DNA of 64,000 bases. Origin: Candidatus Marinacidobacterales bacterium (lineage in GTDB: Bacteria; Acidobacteriota; Vicinamibacteria; Marinacidobacterales; DATDRI01). This document shows, piece after piece, positions 42,455 through 50,978 of this stretch (positions within the stretch are counted from its first letter, which is position 1; every line of letters starts with the position of its first letter). A model generated the notes under the pieces. The model made no database searches. It worked only from the letters and a program-made list of their open reading frames with translations, and was not told where the DNA came from. The stretch lies in assembly GCA_965226495.1 (NCBI GenBank), contig OZ245365.1, positions 3,200,001-3,264,000 of the forward strand, in the 5' to 3' direction. The position numbers were made by a program, and so were the translations under genes.

Positions 42455-43735
42455 ATGATTAGGAAACTCGCGTTGCTCTTGGCGGTCATGGTAACCGTAG
42501 CTTCCGGGCTCGTGCTAGGTGCGGGCGCACCCGCCGACGACGTCGAAATCGTCCCCGCCGACGGAAGCGGCAAGAACTTCTGGCCACGGTGGCGGGGCCC
42601 TTCCGGCCAAGGAGTCGTCGAAGGCACCGGATATCCGGAAACGTGGTCCGCCACCGAAAACGTCCAGTGGAAGGTGCGTGTCCCTGGGCGAGGAAACTCT
42701 TCTCCTATCATCTGGGACGACAAGATCTTCTTGACCGCCGCTTACGATGGCGGAAAAAGAGTCTCGTTGCTCTGTTTCCGACGATCCGACGGCGAGCTGC
42801 TGTGGGAAGTCTTTGCACCCAAAGCGACGCCAGAGAGTCCGCACCCAAAAAATGGACACGCCTCGGGAACACCGACAACCGATGGTGTTCGCGTCTATGC
42901 CTATCTAGGAAATCATGGCCTCTTGGCGGTGGACTTCAGCGGCAAGATGGCGTGGCATCAACCCTTCGCCGAGATACCGGCCTTCCACGGCACCGCGGGC
43001 TCTCCCCTGCTCTACAAGGACAGCGTCATTCTTTACCAAGACCACGAGGGTGGAACCTCGTTCGTGGCCGCGTTCAACAAGAGCTCGGGCAAGGTGAAGT
43101 GGTCGACCCATCGTGACGAGACCGTGGGCTGGGGAACGCCGATCGTGATCCGCGTCGGGGACCGTGACGAGCTCATCGTGAGCAGTCAGAAGCGTGTTTA
43201 TGCGTACGATCCCGATACCGGCAAAGAGCTTTGGACTTGTGGCGGAAACCTGTATGAAGTCATCCCCACCCCGGTCGTCGGCCACGGCCTCGTGTATTGT
43301 TCTTCAGGACGTGCCGGTCCGACTCTGGCGATCCGACCCGGCGGCAGCGGCGATGTGACCGACACTCACGTGGTCTGGAAGAGCCCCAAGGGCTCTCCGT
43401 TCGTCCCCTCACCACTCTTGTACGGCGACTACCTCTACATGGTGAATGACATGCTGAGCGTCGCGACGTGCTATGACGCGAAGAGCGGCGGGGTCATGTG
43501 GCAAGGACGCCTCGGCGAGGCGCAGAAGGAGGGGTTCTCGGCCTCCCCGATCGGAGTGCAAGGCAAGGTCTTCCTGACCAACGACCTGGGTGATACTTTT
43601 GTTTTGAAAGCTGGACCGGAGTTCGAATTGCTACACGTCAACCGGCTGAACCAGCGAATGCTGGCTTCGCCCGCGTTGATGGACGGTCACTGGTACTTCC
43701 GAACGGAGAGCCATCTCCTCAGCATTGGCAGCTGA
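42455..43735 (+). CDS. PQQ-like (BamB-type) beta-propeller exported protein
   Basis: WPRWRGP, VPGRGNSSPI, TGKELW; paralog of 33337-34671. Confidence 0.9.
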   Translation: MIRKLALLLAVMVTVASGLVLGAGAPADDVEIVPADGSGKNFWPRWRGPSGQGVVEGTGYPETWSATENVQWKVRVPGRGNSSPIIWDDKIFLTAAYDGGKRVSLLCFRRSDGELLWEVFAPKATPESPHPKNGHASGTPTTDGVRVYAYLGNHGLLAVDFSGKMAWHQPFAEIPAFHGTAGSPLLYKDSVILYQDHEGGTSFVAAFNKSSGKVKWSTHRDETVGWGTPIVIRVGDRDELIVSSQKRVYAYDPDTGKELWTCGGNLYEVIPTPVVGHGLVYCSSGRAGPTLAIRPGGSGDVTDTHVVWKSPKGSPFVPSPLLYGDYLYMVNDMLSVATCYDAKSGGVMWQGRLGEAQKEGFSASPIGVQGKVFLTNDLGDTFVLKAGPEFELLHVNRLNQRMLASPALMDGHWYFRTESHLLSIGS

Positions 43736-43945
43736 TTCGTACCGCCCAAGCGAAACCGACACCTAATCGGTCTCGGACTTCTTTTTGGTGTAGACGATCT
43801 CCATGCTCTTCTGTTCGTTTCCGTCGACGTCTATCATGAACATCTCGAAGACGTGCTTTTACCCCCGTGCCACTACCGTGTCAACCGGAGGAAGGCGCTT
43901 TCTTGTCGTCGTTTTTATGGTCTAACATGGATCTCATGGATCGCC

Positions 43946-44662
43946 GTGAGTGACGACAACCTATACTTTCGCCAGCTCCTAGCCGGGCGGGACTTCGCCC
44001 GCGAGAATCCGATTGCCGGGCAGATGGTCAACTTCTGCTACCTCGTCGGGGACCGCTCGACCCGGAAAGCCGTCGTCGTGGATCCGGCCTGGAATGTCAA
44101 AGATCTGATCGACGCTGCTGAAAAGGACGACATGGAGTTGGTCGGCGCCCTCGCCACCCACTACCATCCCGATCACATTGGCGGTGACCTCTTCGGCCAC
44201 GATATCGAGGGACTCGCTCGACTCCTCGAACTGAAGGGAATGAAGGTCCACGTTCAGAAACCGGAGGCCGACGGCGTCCGCTTCGTGACCGGGCTATCCG
44301 ATACCGACCTCACGCTCCACGACGGCGGCGATCGGCTGAGCCTCGGCGAAGTCGAAATCGAGTTCGTTCACACTCCGGGGCATACGCCAGGAAGCCAATG
44401 CTTCCTGGTGCGTGGCCGCTTGGTCTCCGGCGATACGCTTTTCGTTCAGGGATGCGGTCGAGTCGACCTTCCAGGAGGCGACCCCGCGGAGATGTACCGA
44501 ACCCTTACCGAGCGCCTGGCAAAGCTTCCAGATGACGTGGTGCTCTACCCCGGACACGACTACGCGGAGCGGCCAACCTCGACGCTCGGCGAGCAGCGCC
44601 AGACAAACTATGCACTTCGCGTGTCCAATGTGGATGATTGGCTCCGGATGATGGGACGCTGA
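43946..44662 (+). CDS. MBL-fold metallohydrolase (glyoxalase II-like)
   Basis: THYHPDH, HTPGHTPG, SGDTLF, GCGR, YPGHDY; probable GTG start at 43946. Confidence 0.9.
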   Translation: MSDDNLYFRQLLAGRDFARENPIAGQMVNFCYLVGDRSTRKAVVVDPAWNVKDLIDAAEKDDMELVGALATHYHPDHIGGDLFGHDIEGLARLLELKGMKVHVQKPEADGVRFVTGLSDTDLTLHDGGDRLSLGEVEIEFVHTPGHTPGSQCFLVRGRLVSGDTLFVQGCGRVDLPGGDPAEMYRTLTERLAKLPDDVVLYPGHDYAERPTSTLGEQRQTNYALRVSNVDDWLRMMGR

Positions 44663-44685
44663 TGTTGGTCTCTTCGTCCTTTACT

Positions 44686-44706
44686 CCCTCTCCCTCAGGG
44701 AGAGGG
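44686..44706. repeat. Palindromic CCCTCTCCC-N3-GGGAGAGGG element (REP/terminator-like)
   Basis: Perfect 9-bp inverted repeat just downstream of the MBL gene. Confidence 0.55.
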
Positions 44707-44906
44707 GGCCTTAGTTTTGTTCGGCGGAACTGTCTGGCTGACTCAGAAATCATCCCTCAAGGATTCCGGCGAACAACATTCCGCTGCTCAGAACTTGTGC
44801 AAAGTGGAGGAGCGCTTGCGGCGGCGCGGGTCCCCGGGCCGCCTTCGACAAGTTCTCAACACCCATTTGCACAGATAGTGTTAGTCGAACCGAACGCCTT
44901 ATCTGA

Positions 44907-46061
44907 ATGACCTACCTAACTCTCGCCCTCTTCGCCTTTTGGGGGCTTCTCACCGTCCAGACGATAGTGAACTTGCTCGCCTTTCGCCGACTGAAACCCG
45001 CCGACCCGTCCGGCCCACAAGAGGACTGGCCGATGGTCTCTATCGTCATACCCGCCCGCAACGAAGCAAGAGACATCGGCCCGACGCTGGATGCGGCTTT
45101 GGCGCAAGACTATCCCAGCTTCGAAGTGGTCGTCGTCGATGACAGCTCGACAGACGGGACAGCGGGAGAGATCGAACGCCGAGCGAGCGACCCGCGGCTC
45201 GTGCCAGTGTCCTGCCCTCCCCTTCCCGAAGGCTGGTTGGGCAAGCCACACGCCCTTTCCAACGGGACCGCGATCGCCCGCGGAGAGTGGCTTCTTCTCA
45301 TGGACGCCGACGTTCGTTTGGCCCCCGCCGCGCTTCGCCAAACGGTCGGTCGCGCTACGTCGGAACGCTGGGATCAACTAGCACTCCTACCTCACTTCGA
45401 ACGGAAGGGCTTTTGGGAGGAGGTCGCGATGCCTTCCCTGCCAGTCTTCTTTTTCGTTTTCTCTCCCTCGTTTATCGCCCTCTCCCGGCGTCGAAAGTTG
45501 GCCTTTGGTGGTGGCGCCTTCAACCTCGTCCGGCGGGAAGCCTACGACGCGATCGGAGGTCATCGCCGGCTTGCCGCCTCGGTAGTCGACGACGTCCGAC
45601 TGGCGATGGAGCTGAAAGCGGCGGGATTCAAGACTCGCACTCAGCTTGGACCTTCCCTACTTCGACTGCGCATGTATCGAGGGCTAGGCGAGATCGTCGA
45701 GGGATTCACCAAAAACGCTCACGCCGTCTGGAGAGGCCGCGAGCCCCTGCTCGTCGTCGCGTCCTCGGCGCTCCTTGCTCTGAACATCCTTCCTTTCTTT
45801 TGGCTACCTTGGGCGATGGGCGTTCCATCGCAAGCCTTGTCCCCACCTTTGCTGTGGCTCGGAGCGAGCCTCGCGCTGCTTGTCGCATGCCGGTCGGCGA
45901 TCCAATGGCGGTTGGGTTTTCCTTGGTGGCCGGTGCTGTTTCACCCGTTGTCGGTCCTGGTGAGCTATGTGATCCTGGCACGCTCGCTACGTATGGTTTA
46001 CGTAGAGGGGATCGTCCGGTGGCGGGGTCGCGAGTACCGGAGCGATACGACCAGTTTCTGA
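44907..46061 (+). CDS. Family 2 glycosyltransferase, membrane-bound (carotenoid/hopanoid-type)
   Basis: VSIVIPARNE, DDSSTDGT, GWLGKPHA, MDAD, VVDD, RMY, WRGR. Confidence 0.88.
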   Translation: MTYLTLALFAFWGLLTVQTIVNLLAFRRLKPADPSGPQEDWPMVSIVIPARNEARDIGPTLDAALAQDYPSFEVVVVDDSSTDGTAGEIERRASDPRLVPVSCPPLPEGWLGKPHALSNGTAIARGEWLLLMDADVRLAPAALRQTVGRATSERWDQLALLPHFERKGFWEEVAMPSLPVFFFVFSPSFIALSRRRKLAFGGGAFNLVRREAYDAIGGHRRLAASVVDDVRLAMELKAAGFKTRTQLGPSLLRLRMYRGLGEIVEGFTKNAHAVWRGREPLLVVASSALLALNILPFFWLPWAMGVPSQALSPPLLWLGASLALLVACRSAIQWRLGFPWWPVLFHPLSVLVSYVILARSLRMVYVEGIVRWRGREYRSDTTSF

Positions 46062-46168
46062 CCTTAACGGCCCGTTCTCGGCGTCCGCTTACGTCACACT
46101 GATTTCCCGAAAACGAACGCCTCGAAATAGTTCGATCTGCCAAGTACCCTTTCCTACCGGGTTACGAA

Positions 46169-46184
46169 TGGCATACATGTTGCA
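46169..46184 (+). promoter_or_regulatory. Sigma-54 (-24/-12) promoter candidate
   Basis: TGGCATACATGTTGCA about 35 bp upstream of ATG 46219. Confidence 0.6.
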
Positions 46185-46218
46185 AATCCACCTCTAGGGA
46201 AACTCACGGAGGTTCAAG

Positions 46219-48681
46219 ATGGGCACACTGTTTCAACAGTTCCGATTGGCTTTCCGAGGGCTGCGAGCGGCACCCGGCTACGCGGTTACCTTCGTGCTGA
46301 CGCTTGGACTGGGTATCGGGGCCAACGCCGCTATCTTCAGTGTCGTGAACGGAGTCTTATTGAGACCCCTCCCCTACCGCGACGGTGAGCAACTGGTCTA
46401 CCTGCGCCACTCTGCGCCGCTCGCCGGAATCGACAACGCCCTCTTCTCGGTCCCGGAGATCGACGATTACCGACAGCAGGTCGAAGGATTCGACCGCGTC
46501 GCCGAGTTCTCCGCCTTGACGTTCACGATGCTGGGACTCGACGAACCGCGCCGGGTTCGCGCCGGCATCGTCACCGGCAACTATTTCGAAGTCATGGGAC
46601 TCGGGGCCGTCGTCGGCAGGGTGATCTCGGGAGAGGATGGCGGCGAGTCTGCCGCTCCGGTCGCGGTGCTGACGCACGATTACTGGCAGCGAACTTTCGG
46701 AGGAGATCCTGCGGCGGTGGGTCGCATCGTTACGATGAACGGGCGGAGTGTCGAGATCATCGGCGTAGCCAATTCGGCTCCTCCGTATCCCGAGCGCACC
46801 GATCTCTACACCAACATGGTCACGAGCCCGCACCACCTGAGCGCAGCCATGACGCATGACCGACTGCACCGTATGACCGAGGTCTTCGCTCGCCTGACGC
46901 CGGAAGCCGATGTTGTATCCGCGACGCGTCAAGTCGAAGCGGTCACCGCCCGGCTCCATGCCGAGTACCCCGAAGCCTACAACGCCACGGAAGGATACGA
47001 CGTCACGGTCAGTGCTCTCCGCGACCAGCTGTCTGGCCGCGCCCAGCCGACGCTACTCATGCTTTTGGGCGTAGCCGCATTCGTTCTCGTCATCGCTTGC
47101 GCAAACGTCGCAAATCTAACGCTGGCCCGCGTCATGAAACGGCAAGAGGAGCTGGGACTTCGCGTGTCGCTTGGAGCGAGCCGTGGCGCGCTGCGACGAC
47201 AACTCCTCATCGAGAACCTCGTGCCCTCGCTCTTGGGCGCGGGACTCGGGTGGTTGATCGCACTGAACGGCGTCGACCTCCTCGCGTCGTACGTGTCGCG
47301 GTATACGGCGCGCGCTTCCGAGATCACCGTAGATACGACCGTCTTCTTCGTGGCGCTCGGAGTCGGAGTGGCGGCGGCTTGCGTCTTCGCCTTGCTGCCG
47401 CGGCTGCCGGACGCCGTCGGCGCCAGCGGCGGTGCCCGGTTCGGGCAGCGTGCTACCGCCGGAGTCGCCGGTCGGCGCTTGCAACGGCTGCTCGTCGTCT
47501 CTCAGATGGCCGTTTGCTTCGTGCTGCTGATCGGCGCCGCCTTACTCCTTCGAACACTCTTCAACCTGCAGCAAGCCGAGGCGGGTGTGGATGCGGAGGA
47601 AGTGCTTGCGATGGAGGTTCCCATCCTTTCCGGCAAACGGAGTGTCGATGAACGGCGCACTTACTATCGGACCATCCGCGATCGTGCCGCCGCCATTCCC
47701 GGTGTCCGCAGCGCAGCCTTGGGTAACTTCGTCCCGTTGCGCGGGGCCCCGGCCGGATTGTCGGCATTCTTGGCCGCGATGGAGTTTCGTGTCGAAGGGC
47801 AGGTAGTCGATCCGGGAGCGGCACAACCACGCGCCGACTTCCGCGCCGTCAGCGTCGACTACTTCAGCACCTTGGGTATCAGCTTGAGCCAAGGACGATG
47901 GCTGCAAGCGACGGACCGGCCCGACGCAGCGAAAGTGGTCCTCATCAACGAGTCGATGGCGAAGCACTACTTCCCCGATCAAGAGCCCGTGGGAAGACGC
48001 ATCGCCTGGTCCGGTGACATTCTTCGATTCATCGGCGTCAGTGACGAGTGGCGCACGGTCGTAGGCGTGGTGTCGGACTCCAAGGACTACGGCGTCGATC
48101 AGCGGGTGCCACACATCGTCTTTCACCCAGTTGCTCAAGAGCCTGTCGCGAACATTCTCTTCCTTCGCACCTCACAACCGGAGAGCGTCGTTCGCTCCGC
48201 CATCGGGGTCATTCGCCGCTTGGATCCCGATCAACCAGTGGTGAACGTAGCCACGCTCGCGAACGTGCGATCCGAAGCGATCGCACCGCAACGCCTCACC
48301 GCGACTCTGGTCGGTGTTTTTGCACTTCTCGCCTTGGCCATTGCCGCGGTGGGCGTTGCCGGCGTCCTCGCTTTCCACGTGAGCCAGCGAACGCGTGAGC
48401 TCGGGATCCGAGCGGCACTCGGCGCCGATCGCTTGCGTCTCATGCTAACCATCGTCACCGAGGGCGCCAGCCTGACGGTTGCTGGCCTCGTTATCGGAAG
48501 CGTCGCTGCTGCCTGGATGTCGAACCTGATCTCGGGACTGCTTTTCGAAGTCGCCCCCACCGATCTCACAACTTTTGTCGGGGTGGCGCTAGTCCTAACC
48601 GCAGTGTCCCTGACCGCCTCCTCGGTTCCCGGCTGGATGGCCTCGAAGGTCGACCCCGCGGTGGCGCTAAGAACCGAGTGA
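46219..48681 (+). CDS. ADOP-type duplicated MacB/FtsX-like ABC permease
   Basis: TLGLGIGANAAIFSVVNGVLLRPLPY, LVIACANVANL, SQRTRELGIRAALGA, VDPAVALRTE; no adjacent ATPase. Confidence 0.93.
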   Translation: MGTLFQQFRLAFRGLRAAPGYAVTFVLTLGLGIGANAAIFSVVNGVLLRPLPYRDGEQLVYLRHSAPLAGIDNALFSVPEIDDYRQQVEGFDRVAEFSALTFTMLGLDEPRRVRAGIVTGNYFEVMGLGAVVGRVISGEDGGESAAPVAVLTHDYWQRTFGGDPAAVGRIVTMNGRSVEIIGVANSAPPYPERTDLYTNMVTSPHHLSAAMTHDRLHRMTEVFARLTPEADVVSATRQVEAVTARLHAEYPEAYNATEGYDVTVSALRDQLSGRAQPTLLMLLGVAAFVLVIACANVANLTLARVMKRQEELGLRVSLGASRGALRRQLLIENLVPSLLGAGLGWLIALNGVDLLASYVSRYTARASEITVDTTVFFVALGVGVAAACVFALLPRLPDAVGASGGARFGQRATAGVAGRRLQRLLVVSQMAVCFVLLIGAALLLRTLFNLQQAEAGVDAEEVLAMEVPILSGKRSVDERRTYYRTIRDRAAAIPGVRSAALGNFVPLRGAPAGLSAFLAAMEFRVEGQVVDPGAAQPRADFRAVSVDYFSTLGISLSQGRWLQATDRPDAAKVVLINESMAKHYFPDQEPVGRRIAWSGDILRFIGVSDEWRTVVGVVSDSKDYGVDQRVPHIVFHPVAQEPVANILFLRTSQPESVVRSAIGVIRRLDPDQPVVNVATLANVRSEAIAPQRLTATLVGVFALLALAIAAVGVAGVLAFHVSQRTRELGIRAALGADRLRLMLTIVTEGASLTVAGLVIGSVAAAWMSNLISGLLFEVAPTDLTTFVGVALVLTAVSLTASSVPGWMASKVDPAVALRTE

Positions 48682-48733
48682 TCTAAAGCCGTCTCCAACT
48701 CGCCCGTGTTAATAATGGGCGGGGAGACGTGTC

Positions 48734-50219
48734 ATGTGGATACTCTTGTTTGCGATGGCGATGCTCGCCCTCTTTACGCCGCCAACCGACGCACAGACAG
48801 ACCAGTCCCACCTTTGGGGTGAGCTCGAGCCCGGTCCTCAGGGCGTCGGCTTTCGCGTCGCGAACTTGGAAGACGCCGCGCGACGTAGCCGAGTGAGTCT
48901 CCCGTTCGACGATTCCGAAACCTCTGGTCGTCCGATTCAAGTCTGCCTCTGGTATCCGGCCGACACCGATGGCAAACGGCCGATCCAGTTTCGAGACTAT
49001 GTCGATACCTTGCCCCAGGCGAAGAAACTGGATGAGCAAGCACGAACCTGGGCGATGGGCTCGCTTCGCACGAACATCAATTCAGCGGATCCCCTATCAC
49101 TCGATGAAGAGACGCTCGAGGCGCTAGTCGAAACTCCAACCATGGCGGTCCGGGAGGCGCCTCCCGTACCTCAGAAGTTTCCGCTCCTTATATGGGGTGC
49201 TCGGCATTCCACCTGCGCCGCCCAATCCGTTTTGAGCGAGTTCTTGTCCAGCCACGGTTATGTCGTTGCCGCGGTCGAGTATCGCGGACTGCGACCCCGC
49301 AATCCCTGGGAGGACCAGAAACCCGCCGAGCTTCTGCGGACCTTTGAGACATGGACACGCGATCTGGAATTCGGGCTCTCTCATCTGCGAACGCTCGATT
49401 TCGTCGACGCCGAGACGACCGGCGTCTTATCCTGGAGCTACGGCGGATTGTCGGCGGTGGAGCTCGTTCTAAGAAATCCCGACATCGGTGCGCTCGTGAG
49501 TCTAGACGCCACGAGTTGGTGGACGGTGGAGCAGCTCGCGCAGTCGTCGTACAAGGAATGGTTCTACAATCGCGGCACCATCCCTGATCATGACGATCGA
49601 GGGTCGCCATAATCCGGCAACACTTTTCGATTCGCTCGAAAGCGCAGAGGCTTATCTCCTCACCTTCTCACGCATCAACCACGGAAACTTCAATGCGCTC
49701 GAAGGATTCATTCCGGAGCTCCTGGGAATCTCACCGGTCGCGCCTTGGTCCGTTTCGGGACCCGACGCGCGCTTAGGCTACCAGGCCGTTGCGGAGTACA
49801 CGCGTCACTTCTTGGACGGTTACCTGAAACAGAGTGCCGCTGGACTCGATTTCTTGAACGCCGACCGGAACGATTTTCTTACGCTCCAGAAAAAATCGGC
49901 GAGTCCCTTGCCTCCAACCGATGAAGAGATCTTGCACGGCTTGAATCGGAACCGCGTGCCGGAGCTCACCGAAGAAAGGTCGCTCGATGTCGCCGCCCGG
50001 CTGATCGAAGAAGCCCGTTTTGGGGAAGCGCTCGAACTGCTCGCGCTGACGACGGAGCGATATCCCGAATCGGCCGAAGCGCATTACCGGCGAGGCCAAG
50101 CCTATCTGTTGATGGGAGAGCACGAGCTCGCGCTGCCCCTCCTGCAAAAAACCTTGGAGCTCGCCCCCGACCACGAGATGGCGAAGCGAGCTCTGTCTCC
50201 GCTTGTTGAAGAGAGGTAG
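48734..50219 (+). pseudogene. Exported alpha/beta hydrolase + TPR, split by a frameshift near 49582 (real or assembly error)
   Basis: First part has SHGYVV and SWSYGG; second part has HGNF and TPRs; removing one C from CCC 49582-49584 fuses the frames. Confidence 0.75.
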
Positions 50220-50220
50220 G

Positions 50221-50253
50221 GACGCCCTCCCCGATTCAAACGGGGAGGACGTC
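50221..50253. terminator. Hairpin between convergent genes
   Basis: GACG-C-CCTCCCCG-attcaaa-CGGGGAGG-A-CGTC. Confidence 0.6.
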
Positions 50254-50264
50254 CGCTCAGGCGG

Positions 50265-50765
50265 CTACTTCTTTTTCTTACGGGTGGCTAGGTCATAGAC
50301 GGTGCCTGCAACGGCCCCGGCAGCCGCGCCAACCGCTGCTCCCTTCTTACCCTTCGCGATGGCACCGATGCCGGCGCCCGCGCCCGCAGCGCCGCCGATG
50401 ATGAGCGCGCTGTCTTTCAAGGAGCGGGAGCCCTCGTCTTCATTAGCTTCGGGCTTCGCGACCGGCGCATCGGAGCTAGCCTCGGGCACGCGCTCGTCTG
50501 TCACAACCGGAGCAGGCGTCGCTCTCACGATGGGCGCCGGCTGGGTCGGAACACACTTGACCCTGGCGACGGCCTCGCCGTTTGCCATTACCTGCTCCAC
50601 GAGAGCCTCCCTTCCAGCGCCGCAATCGACGAGAGGAGCCACCGAGAGAGCGCCTTCCACGCCCAACGGGTCCGTAGCCTCGCCCGCGGTCGTGGCGGCA
50701 ACGAAGCTACCGACCGCTAGGCCCAGACCGAAGATTCCTACGATCCAAAGAGCTAGAGTTCTCAT
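50265..50765 (-). CDS. Exported protein with C-terminal glycine zipper
   Basis: Signal peptide; 'IIGGAAGAGAGIGAIAKGKKGAAVGAAAG'; AAAGGAGG RBS. Confidence 0.8.
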   Translation of the reverse strand: MRTLALWIVGIFGLGLAVGSFVAATTAGEATDPLGVEGALSVAPLVDCGAGREALVEQVMANGEAVARVKCVPTQPAPIVRATPAPVVTDERVPEASSDAPVAKPEANEDEGSRSLKDSALIIGGAAGAGAGIGAIAKGKKGAAVGAAAGAVAGTVYDLATRKKKK

Positions 50766-50811
50766 GACCTGCCTCCTTTCGAGTCCCTAACGGGAAACAC
50801 TCACGATAAAG

Positions 50812-50826
50812 GCAAGTTGGATGCCA
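50812..50826 (-). promoter_or_regulatory. Sigma-54 (-24/-12) promoter candidate
   Basis: TGGCATCCAACTTGC on the minus strand, about 47 bp upstream of ATG 50765. Confidence 0.6.
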
Positions 50827-50978
50827 GAACGGTAAGTCGTTGCGTTAGCGGAGAGTTGGGGCCGCGACGTGATACAGGTCACGACGCAAAGACGTCCGGT
50901 TTCCCGGACGAACGGCGCCGGAAGTGGACAATCGTTCTGTTATAAGATGCTCCCCGGCAATTGATTTCTAGGCACGCC

